The notes: generated by a model from the letters alone, not told the origin. A stretch of 63,302 nt of DNA, filler included, from Mitosporidium daphniae (GCF_000760515.2; 4 parts of 4 records of this genome joined end to end with filler, not necessarily neighbours in it); one strand, 5' to 3'. Counted from the first letter of the whole stretch, positions 11,866 to 23,352 are shown. Made by a program: numbers and translations.

Positions 11866-13250
11866 TCAATCATAGTTTTTCCTGTCTCTCTGGCTCAACA
11901 TTGAACTGATAGCTTTTTCATACTGGAGCATTGAATAAACAAACATCTTAATCTGGTGGCGTGGATATTTTTTAGGCTGAGTGTACTGATTAACAGTCGA
12001 AATTCCATTCAGCAGCTTTCGGGCTCTTAAGAGCGCTTGGTAAAAACTTTTAGTGTACACAAGGGTCGAGAAAGTAACCACGCAAACTGCAAATGGATTG
12101 TTGACATCGACATTGGTTCCAAAGCAATGGGCCTGGTCAAGATACAGCAAAATCTTGTCGTTTTTCAAACCATACTTGGTTTTAAGAAACAAAAATTGGC
12201 CCTCTACAGGCAAATCCCACCCGATTCTGCCAGTTTCCGTTTGATAAACAATCACATTTTCTTTTTCATCGTAATAGACGACGCAATTGTATTTCTTTGA
12301 ATCCAGGATTTCGTGTGCTACCATGGATTTGGAATGAGTCTTCAAAAGAGCACCGACATCAAACAATTGTGTAGTTCTGGTTTCCAAAATGAAGGCCATC
12401 AAAGAATCAAATTGGGCATCTTTTTTGCTACGAAGCCTCAGATTTTGACTTCAAGATAAAATAAATTCAGTGGGAGATGATACAAGCCGATCAGAAGACG
12501 TTTTGATGTTTTCCATCACTACATGCTTCAAAAAAACCTTGAGATTGTCTTCATGTTCATATATCTTTTCGTTTAAATGGTTGAAATATTTGAAAAGGAA
12601 TGGGTTGATTTTTTCTTGATTTTTCTAGTTCCTCATAATCATAATAGAGCTCCAGGGTAGAATACATATTTTCGTTTTTGAAGAATAAAGGTGGCTCATT
12701 GAGATCTTTCATTTCGTTTTCAAGGTTAAACTTTATCGAAATGGCAATGGCAAATAACTGGTTTCCAAGACTTCTGCCTTATCTTGGTGTATTTTTCATC
12801 GAATATGGAATGGAATATGAAAATAGAGATTCCATGGATGCTCCACATCCCAAATTTCAGATCTTTTCGCAGCAATCGACAAAAGGACAATCGGCGATCA
12901 ACGCGCGAGTTTTCTTGCTGCTATTTTTCAAAATATTCTCGAGCTTCTTGTTCAATATCTTTTTGAAGGACTCCGTATAAGATCGCGTAAGAGGCTCCTT
13001 GATCTCAAAAATCGTAATATTTTCTCCAGTTTGCGTTTTGAATACCTTGTTGTCTCTCAAAGACAGCAAACAGTCAATAAGCACATCAATGACCTTCGAG
13101 TCTTTTTCTGCAACGACAGTTCGTTTCTGGCATCAAGCAGCCATTTCTTTGATCTTGAGGAATGCGAGCACATTGGATTGATGTCAAAAGAACGGGGGGC
13201 AGAGATCGATGAATTTCTACAAAATTTGATGAAAGCGTGGCGAGTTTCCT
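11866..13250 (-). pseudogene. Decayed paralogue of the DUF3638/DUF3645 C-terminal region
   Basis: 12336-13100 aligns by eye with 20-970. Codon CGA in the intact copy is TGA here (12857-12859), and ~180 nt (equivalent to ~142-324) is deleted near 12451. ORF 11866..12402 has LFDVGALL, YLDQAHCFGTNVD and FYQALLRARKL. Confidence 0.8.
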
Positions 13251-14052
13251 GCATTTCCGGTAAATTTCCTAAATTGCATATAATTCGGGTGATTGTGTAT
13301 AAATTTGTGAATTGCCTTTAAATTGGATGTCACTAAATATTCGAGTTCTCATCTTTTAGTTTGTTCACCAATTAATTGCATGTTTGCAGTAAATTTAATT
13401 TGTGTTGATGTTCTGCAGCTCATGTAATAAGCACCCAAAACTTGAACTAATTAGCCAAATAACTGGCCTTTTCATATAATTTACTGCTCCCTTTTCAGCT
13501 GTTCCAAATTGACCCATATTGCGGTTTTTGGGCCGTTTGGAGCGCTGCGCATGTTTTTCTTGCGTTTCTTGGACATTTCCTGTTGTTCCATATCATTTCT
13601 GACCGTTTTCGAGACAATAAAATTTTCGACATTTTTTGACATTTTAAGCATGGCATGGTTGGAGAGCAATGGATCAAATTATTTGATATTGGCTAATGAT
13701 TACATGTTTTGGACACCGCTTTTTTTGCCTTTAGACCCACCTGGGCAACTTCATTTTCCGCCTTCGCCGCAAAAATCCAGGAAAACCATCACTACACCCC
13801 CTTTGGACCATCTGCTGAACTCGTGTTAATATGATCTTTTTAAAAACCTTGTTGCCTAGTTTCCCTCAAATACGTATTTGTCTAACCTGTGAATCCAATC
13901 CAATTCAATCCAATTTAATTCCGCCTGCACTCTGATTCGCCCATCTGTCCTAGTTGCAGCTTTCACCCCATAAGTTCGTTTATTAGAAAATAAAGCATAG
14001 TAAAACCTAACACTAACACTAAGCCTAACCTCTTTTTCATCGGCACCTGAAG

Positions 14053-15999
14053 TTACAAAAGTTCTTGACGAAGCTGGGGATTTTCTTCATTGGCATCTGA
14101 AGCGACAAAAGTTTTTCTTGGTGGAGCTTTCCAAATTAGTATAGTTTTCAGTGCTTGATCTTTCAGAACTTTTTTAGCTTCCAGATCTTCGATATACTGC
14201 AGAGGTTCCAAAGCTTCCTGAATTATTTCAGCTTTCAGGCCTTTTGGAGCCAGATATTTCTCACTTTTCAGATCTTCCAGACAGTTCAGAGCTCCCTGAT
14301 AACTTCTATGAACTATTGGTCCTTCTGTATCGGGTTCGTGAATTATCATATCTTTCAGAGCATCATGAGCTTTCTGAATTACTATAGTTTTCAGAGCTTT
14401 CAGAGCTTGCAGGGGTTTTTCATCTTCCAGAACTTTTAGAGCTTCCAGTGCTTTTAGAACGTCCAGAGCCTTCAGAGCTTTCAGACCTTTCAGAGCTTCT
14501 TTAGCTTTACGATTTTCCAGAGTTTGAGGCTTTTCATCTTTTTTAGCTTTAGGGTATTCTTTAACTTTTAGAGCTTCCAGAGCTTTTAGAGCTTCCAGAG
14601 CTTTTAGAGCTTTCAGAGCTTTTTCATCTTTTAGAGCTTTCTCATATTTTTTAGCTTCTAGAGCTTCTAGAGCTTCCAGAGCCTTTTCATCTTTTAGAGC
14701 TTTCTCATATTTTTTAGCTTCCAGAGCTTCCAGAGCAAAATGAGCTTTCTGAGGTTTCTGAATTAGTAGAGCTTCCAAAGCACCGTGAGCTTTTTGAAAT
14801 AGTATGGCTTTCAGAGCTTTCAGAGCTTTCAGATTTTTCAGATCTTGCATACCTTCCAGAGCATCCAGAACACACAAAGTTTCCTGAATTAGTAGAGCTT
14901 TCTCAGCTTTCTCAGCTTTCTCAATTAGTAGAGCTTCTAGAGCACGATGAGCCTTCTGAGCTAGTAGAGCTTTCTTAGCTTTCATAATTAGTAGAGCTTC
15001 TAGAGCATCATGAGCCTTCCGAGCTAGTAGAAAGTCATGAACTTTATGAATTAATAGAGCTCCCAGATCTGCCAGAGCTCCCAGAGCTTCAAGAACTTTC
15101 AGAGCTTCTTTAGCTTCTAACCCGTTCTGAAATATTATAACTCTCAGAGCTTCGAAGGGTGTTTGATCTTTCAGAGCTGTTAAAAGTTCATGGACTTGCT
15201 GAACTTTGCGAGATTTAAAATGTCGTATTAGGGTTATAGCACCGTAAGCTTTCTCGATCAGCATAACTCCCTGATCTTCCTGATCTTCCTGAGCTTCCAG
15301 AGCTTGCAAAGCTTCTCGAAATTCCAAATATTCCTGATCTTCCTGATCTTCCAGAGCTTCCTGATCTTCGTGAGCTAACCAATCCGATAGAACTAGTTGA
15401 ACTTTATGAGGTTTCTGAATTAGTATAGCTTCCAGAGCATCACGAGCTTTCTGAATTAGGGTAGCTTTCAGAGCTTCCAGGGGTTTTTGATCATCTTTCA
15501 GGGCTTCTAGAGCTTTCTGAATTAGGATAGCTTTCAGAGCTTCTAAGGGTTTTTCGTTTTCCTGGGCTTCCAGAGCTTCTTTAGTTTTTTTATTTTCTAG
15601 AGCTTGAGCTTTTTGAGCTTCTTCATCAGATAGAACTGATTGAGTTTCCTGAACTTCCTGAACTGGCGATACAACCAACCAATCTGATAGAGCTGATGGA
15701 GCTTCTTCATCAGAAATAACTGATTGGGTTTCCTGAGCTTCCTGAACTGGCGGTACAACCAACGAATCCGATAGAGCTGATGGAGCTGAAGTGACAAATG
15801 TTATTTTTGATTGAGTTTTTGGATCCTCTCTTTGATCAAAAGCTGATGAATCCTCATTAGAAAGATCTTCGAAATCGGATCCCAATTCACTGTCTTTATG
15901 ATCAGAAGTTTCTAAAGATGTATCAGATTTATCTTTTAAAGGCTTTTTTGATTTTTCTGGAAGCTTCGGTTGTATCTCATTTACTAGAGATCCGAAAAC
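14053..15999 (-). CDS. Low-complexity Ala/Leu/Glu/Lys-rich repeat protein (predicted helical), 5'-truncated at contig end
   Basis: 610-aa ORF of ALEA/ALKA/LIQKA repeats; the frame stays open from 15885 to the gap at 15999. Confidence 0.75.
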   Translation of the reverse strand, partial: VFGSLVNEIQPKLPEKSKKPLKDKSDTSLETSDHKDSELGSDFEDLSNEDSSAFDQREDPKTQSKITFVTSAPSALSDSLVVPPVQEAQETQSVISDEEAPSALSDWLVVSPVQEVQETQSVLSDEEAQKAQALENKKTKEALEAQENEKPLEALKAILIQKALEALKDDQKPLEALKATLIQKARDALEAILIQKPHKVQLVLSDWLAHEDQEALEDQEDQEYLEFREALQALEAQEDQEDQGVMLIEKAYGAITLIRHFKSRKVQQVHELLTALKDQTPFEALRVIIFQNGLEAKEALKVLEALGALADLGALLIHKVHDFLLARKAHDALEALLIMKAKKALLAQKAHRALEALLIEKAEKAEKALLIQETLCVLDALEGMQDLKNLKALKALKAILFQKAHGALEALLIQKPQKAHFALEALEAKKYEKALKDEKALEALEALEAKKYEKALKDEKALKALKALEALKALEALKVKEYPKAKKDEKPQTLENRKAKEALKGLKALKALDVLKALEALKVLEDEKPLQALKALKTIVIQKAHDALKDMIIHEPDTEGPIVHRSYQGALNCLEDLKSEKYLAPKGLKAEIIQEALEPLQYIEDLEAKKVLKDQALKTILIWKAPPRKTFVASDANEENPQLRQELL

Positions 16000-16099
16000 N
16001 NNNNNNNNNNNNNNNNNNNNNNNNNNNNNNNNNNNNNNNNNNNTTAATTAATTAANNNNNNNNNNNNNNNNNNNNNNNNNNNNNNNNNNNNNNNNNNNN
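16000..16099. other. Artificial contig spacer (N44-TTAATTAATTAA-N44)
   Basis: 12-mer giving stops in all six frames, flanked by Ns; identical at three places. Confidence 0.98.
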
Positions 16100-17050
16100 G
16101 ATATCGAATAGATGTTTACTCTTCATGATGAGGATAAAAGAAACGGTATAAAAATAGTCGTAGCGAACATATTCTTTGAGCTGAAAGAAAAGGAGACGGA
16201 TATTAACAAAGCCCTCGAAAATGTTCTTTCCAAATAACATAAGAGAAACATTTAAAATTGAAAAGAAAATGTCAGAGGATCGAACCACTTTTGCCAAAGG
16301 CAGGATATTCAGGTGGGTCGTAGTTAGGATAAAACTCAAAATATATATAGCCGCATAAAAGAAAACCGAATAGAAGGAGCCGATGAAGCACGGAGAGTCT
16401 GGCTTCAAAGAGAGATTCCTAATCGATCTGCGGGTAATCCAATACAGCCCACCAAGAAGGAAAGAACGTATAATGCAATTTGAGCTTGTATACTGATTGT
16501 AGAGAGCCTCATAGGCCTGCGAACACATATACGGAATAAGGGCTCCAAATGGCATTATAACGTTGAATAATTTGACAGCATTTTCCGCATATTCATCGAC
16601 ATTCTTCATCGAATGAAAGGACACAACAACTTGCAAAAATACGTGCGAAAGAAATTGCCAGAATGCCAGTGCAATTAGGGGCTCAAAGAATTTTCCGATC
16701 AAGGCAGGAGTTGAAGACACCCTGTAAGACGAAACCGCCAAACGCGGCGGATTATTTTTATAAGTCTCAGAGTAATCAGAATACAACAGAGCAATAATGA
16801 GAGCCCCTAAAAATATCAAAACCATCTCGAATTTGTAAGCAATCGATGATAGCACTGTAGAGGAATGGATCAAATTATGCAACTTATCTGCAGCATAAAC
16901 ATCCAAATTGGAAATAATTGATGTTATTCCATTTTCATACAAATCTATGCCAAGCTTTGCGGAAAACATATTTTCTGGATACGAATATCCGAAAGAAAAA
17001 ATGGCGGGCGATGAGACGCAAAGGAGAAGAAAAAGTACCAGACAAGCCAT
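16100..17050 (-). CDS. Multi-pass membrane protein with signal peptide, unknown function, 3'-truncated
   Basis: MACLVLFLLLCVSSPAIFS followed by several hydrophobic segments; runs into the gap. Confidence 0.7.
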
Positions 17051-17191
17051 TGATCGAAAGTCGGATAAAAATGTAATTAAAATGATTGCATGATGCTTAT
17101 GATGGTCTTAATGAGTCATTTTGATTTTAATTGGTAAGTTTTCATTTTAATTTAGAGTTTGTAGGCTTATTTAATTTGCCATTCCCTTCCC

Positions 17192-17713
17192 ATGTATTCT
17201 TCCAAACAAAATTTTTCTGAAGCATGCGAGACCGCCCTGAACAAGCAAGTTAACATGGAGCTGGGTGCGTCGTATTCCTACATGTCTATGAGTGTCTTTT
17301 GCTCCAAAGATGGCGTTGCTCTTCCGGGTCTTGCAGCCTACTGTGCTAAAATGTCACTTGAAGAAAGAGATCACGCCCTGATGCTACAAGACTACATCAT
17401 CAAGCGTGGAGGGCAAGTTACATATGATACGATTGCTCCACATCCGAAGGCTTCGGCGTGGAAATCTGCTCTTGAAATTGTGGAGGCAATGTTGGAATTG
17501 GAAAAATCTGTCAACGTGTCTCTGCTTGACCTAAACAAGCTTGCTTCCCTGAAAGAAGATGCCCATCTTTCCGACTTTATTGAGGGCACCTTCCTTTCGG
17601 AACAGGTAGACAGTATCAAAGAGCTGGTTGACATGCTTGTCCAGTTGCAACGAGCTGGTGTCGATGGCCTTGGCCTTTACATTTGGGACCAAAATTTGTT
17701 GTCTAAAAACTAG
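17192..17713 (+). CDS. Ferritin (eukaryotic H-chain-like)
   Basis: QNFSEACETALNKQVNMELGASYSY, EERDHA, LELEKSVN, DAHLSDFIEGTFLSEQVDSIKEL; ferroxidase residues appear intact. Confidence 0.95.
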   Translation: MYSSKQNFSEACETALNKQVNMELGASYSYMSMSVFCSKDGVALPGLAAYCAKMSLEERDHALMLQDYIIKRGGQVTYDTIAPHPKASAWKSALEIVEAMLELEKSVNVSLLDLNKLASLKEDAHLSDFIEGTFLSEQVDSIKELVDMLVQLQRAGVDGLGLYIWDQNLLSKN

Positions 17714-17844
17714 CCCGCAATTGGCTGAAAAATCTGTTTTCCAAAAACGGGCTCGGAATTAAGAAATCTGTTTATTAAAATTTGCACTTAATTCTTTACT
17801 GGAGAGAAGCTGGCGGTATTAAGTTATTAAAATACGGTAAAATG

Positions 17845-19461
17845 TTACACCACATCGGTTACTAGTGAATAGTCGGCGTCTGACATTTCAGACGCCGAGT
17901 CTTTAGAAGCCGGATCTTTGGCGATAGCAGCATTCGAGAGAAATGGTTCCCGTAACGAGAGCTCAGATACTTTTTCATGCCGGTTTTCCGTAGCAGCGGA
18001 AGATGAACAAATCTGGTTGTCAAGTGGTGCGATGCCACCCGTTGTCACGGCTGCACTGGTGTCGATATGTTCGGAGCCCAATTTATTTTCCGCTCCTGAA
18101 CAATCATCTGTATTTGCAGGATGCGGGTCAAGCGAACCAAGTCTGTGGTACGCCCTTGATTGCCTGCGAGGGTGAATGGCATCTCGGAATTTTAGCCGCC
18201 ACAGGGACTTGACGCTCAAAGTAAGAAAAATAGAATTTTCGATTAGCTGGACAAATAGGGACCCCGAACGAGATAGCAAAAAGGGACTGCAAAGATATAA
18301 TTCACCCAAAGCACAGACAAAGTTTTCATTAAAAAAGGCCTCATTCGCAATGTCTAGCATTGAGGCTGTTAAAAAGGCCTCAAACTTCAGCAAATTGTCC
18401 AGGGGAAACCAAGCTTCAACGGGAGGCAGGCCCATCATCAAAGAGGTCAGTAGCTTAAGTTGAGCAATTTGCATTGACCTGTAATTATCGGGACACAACA
18501 GCGTAGTAATCAGCTCACAGAACAGAGATTTTGAAAATTCAATACTCAAGTGCGATGAAATGTTGAAAATCAACGCAAACTGAGCAAGTCTAATTTCAGA
18601 TCAAGCCAATGATTACCTGAATGGCTCGAATTCTGAGGCGCGTAACGCGCAATTTTTGGTGGCTGAAAAGATCTCCGATACAAATGCCGAGATGTTTGGA
18701 AAAATATCGACAAACTTGAGCACAATAATTTCGAATAAATCGTAGACATCCTTAAAAATTGGAAGAAGAAACTGCATATTCTCTGGGCCCTAAAATTAGT
18801 TGATCGAAAGGTCGAACCAAAGCTGACATCAAATAACAGTGCACATTGCGCAGAAGCAAAAGAATCTTTTCCAGTTGGATGGAAACAGGAAATGTTTGAG
18901 CATTGCAAAAGTGGTCGATAATAACGGATAGCGAATTTGCCATTGGAAGCATTTTTTTCCTCATCGTCTGAGAATCCAAAGTGAGCAGGAATAAAAATTC
19001 GGTTCTAACATACGAATTGTCTGGGATTTTCTCAAGCACATGATCAAATCCAGGAAATTGGATAGGATTAACCATCGAGCTGTTGAGCGAAATCAGGGAA
19101 TACTGGATCGAGCCCAGAAGCATGTCTGTATATACTCCCCACTGCGATGAGCGTTTAGGGGCTTCTGTAATTTGAAGGAGCGAATCGATGTATCGGGTCG
19201 CAATCTAAAGGTAAATAAAACGCCAAAACAAGCCACCTTTGCGTCCAGCGATGCATGTTCAAATAGAAAAAATACAAGCAAGGCATTTGCTTGATCCACA
19301 TGTGAGCGACACAGTTTTGGAGCCTTTTTTATAATACTGGACAGCTGTTCAAAAATTTCATTTGAATTGCAAAGTATTTTTGAATGCTGAGGCAAATCCC
19401 TGCATAAGGAGGCGCCCAAAGACAGACGCAAGCCCTCCAAACAGGCATCAAATCCGAGCAT
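17845..19461 (-). CDS. Multi-exon hypothetical protein (helical, disordered C-terminus)
   Basis: Consecutive same-strand ORFs 19093..19464, 18752..19123 and 17845..18573, separated by short GT-AG candidates; family not recognised. Confidence 0.55.
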
Positions 19462-19480
19462 CAATTGAAAAATTAAAATT

Positions 19481-20290
19481 TTATTTACAATATTTGTCTG
19501 ACTTTAGTTTTTCTCTGCGATCCAACAAGGCAGAGTGCAGCTGGCCCTTTTCCTCGGCGGTTTTTAAATTAATGGTTGACGAATCCATCTTACTCTTTAC
19601 CAGGCTCAGCTTTCGATCGTACCACGAAACGTATCTTTTCATTTGGTCATACTCGTAGTTGGAAACATCAATGGAGGGTTGTGCGGAGCTGCCTGCTTCA
19701 GAGCTCTTGGCAAGCGTGTTAGCAGATCTTGTTGAATGGTGGAAAATAAAAAATTTTGTAGCCTCTTCTCTTGCTTCAATATCTGCTCTCAGGCATTTGT
19801 AACTAAAATCATATTGAAGATGCATATCGACATCTTCGGTATTGTAGGACTTTCTTTTGAATATCACACAAGGTATCCCATCGGTATCGTTCAGAAATAT
19901 TGGGATCCACAATTCATGTGGACCAATGGCTTCTTTTGTAGTCTCAACAAACCCATGCTTATCAAATCCAAGGTATTTGCCATGCGACGTCTTAATTGAA
20001 AAATGGCTTCTGTCCCCAATAAATTGACCCACAACGACATGATGGGAAGCAGATGGCTGCGCATCAGATACAAGCAATGGAACAAGAGAAATTGTTCCAA
20101 GCTCAGAAAAAGAAAGAGAATATCGTTCAGAGTCTCTTTCAAACGTAAGCCAAAGAGGGCCAATCAGGCCATCTTGGTTGGTCAACGGAACCCATTCTAT
20201 GTCGTCAAAATGTAAGTGTACTGTTTGGATTTTTTGACTCGTCTTTTCCTTGCGCTTTGAGAGACACTTTTGAGTTGGACCCATCTTCAA
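19481..20290 (-). CDS. FRG1: FRG1-like protein
   Basis: FSIKTSHGKYLGFDKHG...EAIGPHELW and C-terminal GQLHSALLDRREKLKSDKYCK. Confidence 0.9.
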   Translation of the reverse strand: MKMGPTQKCLSKRKEKTSQKIQTVHLHFDDIEWVPLTNQDGLIGPLWLTFERDSERYSLSFSELGTISLVPLLVSDAQPSASHHVVVGQFIGDRSHFSIKTSHGKYLGFDKHGFVETTKEAIGPHELWIPIFLNDTDGIPCVIFKRKSYNTEDVDMHLQYDFSYKCLRADIEAREEATKFFIFHHSTRSANTLAKSSEAGSSAQPSIDVSNYEYDQMKRYVSWYDRKLSLVKSKMDSSTINLKTAEEKGQLHSALLDRREKLKSDKYCK

Positions 20291-20403
20291 CGGCCGAAAT
20301 CGGGGCTTTAAAGCCTTTAAACGAGAGCTTTGATCTTTTAATCATCGGATTTAAAATAAAAAATTGGGCATAATTTCAATTTTAACTTTCATTACCAACT
20401 GGC

Positions 20404-21135
20404 ATGGGAGCAGATGGAGGATCCATTCCCAAGCGATGTGAAATGGTAAAAACCGCCAAGCGAAACGAGCCTCTCAGCTCGTCTGCCCAAATAGTGGCAA
20501 ACTGGACGACATGTGAACTTTCCAAGGAGCCTCTTGTATTTCCTGTGGTCTCCTGTCGTTTAGGTCACTTGTACTCCAAATCCTCCATTCTGGAGCTTTT
20601 AATTTGCAGAAAACAAAAGAAAGATTTTCCATTTCCAGATGGTCCCGAAAAGTTTTCCTATATAAAATCCCTGAAAGATCTGCAGAATTTATCCATCAAA
20701 ACCGACTTTCTTAGCTATGTTTGTCCGGTTTCCGGACGCTCACTGAATGGAGTCAACCCCTTTTTCTTCATCTGGGGATGTGGATGCATATTTTCAGAGT
20801 GTATTTTAAAAACCGCAAGCTTTTCCACTTCTCTGTGTCCTGTGTGTTCCCACCAATATCTGAAATCAGATATTGTTCCGTTTAATCCTATAACCAGCTC
20901 TTCAAGGTCAAATGTCAGCAGGAAAATAGTTATCGGTCAGGATTATGTTTTTGCCACCGCATCTGATCATCTTGTAAATGACCCCACCGTTGGCCAACCA
21001 GGTAGAAACCTGGATTACCATCCGCCAAATCGGTCCGTCTTCAACACAATGGTGCAGCAAAAGCTGACGAGTGCCAAAGAAATATCTTCCATCAACTCTA
21101 TTTACACGAAAACCAACAAGCAAGAAAATCTTTAA
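20404..21135 (+). CDS. RTF2: Replication termination factor 2 (Rtf2 RING-like)
   Basis: MGADGGSIPKR, WTTCELSKEPL, CRLGHLY, CPVSG, WGCGCIFSE, CPVC. Confidence 0.92.
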   Translation: MGADGGSIPKRCEMVKTAKRNEPLSSSAQIVANWTTCELSKEPLVFPVVSCRLGHLYSKSSILELLICRKQKKDFPFPDGPEKFSYIKSLKDLQNLSIKTDFLSYVCPVSGRSLNGVNPFFFIWGCGCIFSECILKTASFSTSLCPVCSHQYLKSDIVPFNPITSSSRSNVSRKIVIGQDYVFATASDHLVNDPTVGQPGRNLDYHPPNRSVFNTMVQQKLTSAKEISSINSIYTKTNKQENL

Positions 21136-21138
21136 TCA

Positions 21139-22451
21139 TTAAAAAGTGTCCATAGAAATCAAGTACTGCTTAAAGGTATACATAAACTTTGCAGCAAAAG
21201 CCTCTAGATGGAAAATGCTTTTGGCCCCTTGTACAATTCTTGTTTCCTGATGTGTTACCGAAAAATCACCATACATAGTGTGCTGCATCTTGGCAAACCT
21301 GTCGTTTTAGAAATTCTTCAGTTCGGCTGGCCAGCGAGAAGGCCAATTTCTATGGTTGAGAATAAAAATAAACCTTCAGAATCAACGAAGCAGGTATACA
21401 ATGGGACAGAAGTTCATAGAACTTTGCCCGGACCAATAGGAGCCTACATGGGGTTAGGACAACATGTTAACCTTGCCGGGGTTTGCTCTTGTATTAAGCT
21501 CTGGGCAATATTTTCTATTAGAGCTTCCCAATCCGTAATTTCGATTTGATTTGGACTATGAGGTTATAGATGCGGCGGAAGGTACTTTTTGCTTTTGAGC
21601 GAAATTTCGAGCGAAAGAAGGGCCTTTCTTATGTTTCCCTGAGCATAGGCGACTACTTCGCCAATCAGAGAAGGGGATGGGTTAAGTATGCCCTCTTGCT
21701 TGCACACATGAAGCAAAAGACTTTTGACCTACAAACAAGCATAATGAGAGAGGAATACCTGTTCATCCTCGGGCGCCGGAACGCGAACCAATACGCATCT
21801 GCTTTGGAGAGGCTCAATTATTTTTCCAAGATTAGAGCTGAACAGAATAATGCGGAGATTGGTCATATATTTCTCCATGGTTCTTCGAAGTGCATGTTGA
21901 GCATCTTTTGTCAACATATCGGCCTCGTTTAAAATGGCCACTAATTGGGGGCAATAAATTTGCGGAAAGCTTACCTTTGTACTCGCGAGGAGCTTCTCTG
22001 GAGATTTGCTGTGTTTGTGCAAAATCTCTTAGCATCTCTTGCACAACCAAACGATCGTAAAAACCAACATCGCTAAATTCAGGTCAGAAGAAAACACGTG
22101 CCTTGGATTCATCTCAACGTGATAAAGACTCGAAATTGTATGCAGCTCGACCGTTTTTCCAGATGGCGTATCAAATGACTTGTTGTCAATTTTTAGCTAA
22201 ATGGTTGGTGTTGAAAAAACTACCTTTTCAATTGCAGCTGGTGTGTAGAGCGTCTTTAGCAGGGAAATGATTCTGGTCCTTTTTCCGGCACCGGAAGGGC
22301 CATAGATCAACAGATGTGGAATATCGCCAAGCCGAGCCTAAGTTATTGCATATATGCTTACGAATGCTTTCAATTGGGTTGTTACTTCTGGATGCATATC
22401 CAGCTCGTCCAAGCTACTGGGTCTATGTTTATCGGCCCAGAGTAGCGTCAT
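21139..22451 (-). CDS. RFC5: Replication factor C small subunit (yeast Rfc5 / human RFC3 type), multi-exon
   Basis: MTLLWADKHRP, DIPHLLIYGPSGAGKRT, NEADMLTKDAQHALRRTMEKY, IIEPLQSRC, IFHLEAFAAKFM; several ~24-30 nt introns. Confidence 0.92.
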
Positions 22452-22482
22452 TGCGGGAAGGAGCGATAAAAACTTTTAATAA

Positions 22483-23125
22483 TTAAATTTTGGGATGAAC
22501 TTTACGACGATATCGCAAGAACTTGCGGAATGATCTGGTGTTCTGCCGGACTTGATTGACTTTTCTCAATGCCCAAGCCATGTCTTCCTCCTTTTGAGAA
22601 AGTTCTAGAGGCTTTCCTTGTTTTTTTCTCCTCCAGAGCCCAACAGCCTCCTCATACATCTTCTTCCTTTCTCGAACGACCTGTCTGATTCTTTTCATTG
22701 TCAATCTAGTCTAGAGATATTAATAGTCCAAATAAATACTTTGAGTATCCTTGAAGTTCCATTCCATTCCACATGCCTTCTTGACGCAAATGTTTCCTGC
22801 GTTGACAGGACGTTAAGTTCTTTCAAACATACAAACCAAAGTTTATGAAGGTCTTCAAAGGATTTAAGACGCAACTCTGCAGCGCTCCAAGAACGGCCTG
22901 AAATTATTATAACAAATTACCAAAAGTATGGAACTTTTCTGAATTGGCGTCTGGGACCGGAACGCCATCTTCAAAAAATTGATACAGTGGAGATACAAAA
23001 AGAGGAGATTTGGGGTCAGGAGGGCCCTTAGTCTGTGAAAAAGTAGAAAATAAATGAGTGCAAAAAAGCGGCCTGCCAAAACGGGGCAGTTTAAGGAGGC
23101 CCTCTAATAGAGGAAAAGTTAGCAT
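22483..23125 (-). CDS. MRPL47: Mitochondrial ribosomal protein uL29m (MRPL47), multi-exon
   Basis: PLYQFFE...[31 protein letters not shown]...[12 protein letters not shown]. Confidence 0.9.
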
Positions 23126-23204
23126 TTTGTGGAAAATGGTGTTCTATCGTTTGAAAATGTACGGATTATGTATTTTTATATAAAAATTTCTCGACAAACG
23201 TTAA

Positions 23205-23277
23205 GGGGAACTAGCTCATATGGTAGAGCGATCGCTTTGCATGCGATAGGCGCGGGGATCGATACCCCGGTTCTCCA
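23205..23277 (+). tRNA. tRNA-Ala(TGC)
   Basis: GGGGAAC/GTTCTCC acceptor stem, D-arm TAGCTCATATGGTAGAGC, anticodon arm ATCGC-TT TGC AT-GCGAT, T-loop ATCGATA typical of eukaryotic Ala; no encoded CCA; followed by a T-run terminator. Confidence 0.96.
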
Positions 23278-23352
23278 TTTTATTATTCCCCTAAATTTTA
23301 TTTAGGGTACAAATTATTTTGCCCTGAAGTGCTGCATCTCAACTGACGCGAA

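Noticed and set aside
16044..16055. Palindromic TTAATTAATTAA as a biological site
   Set aside because: It is an assembly linker embedded in Ns and repeated identically three times.
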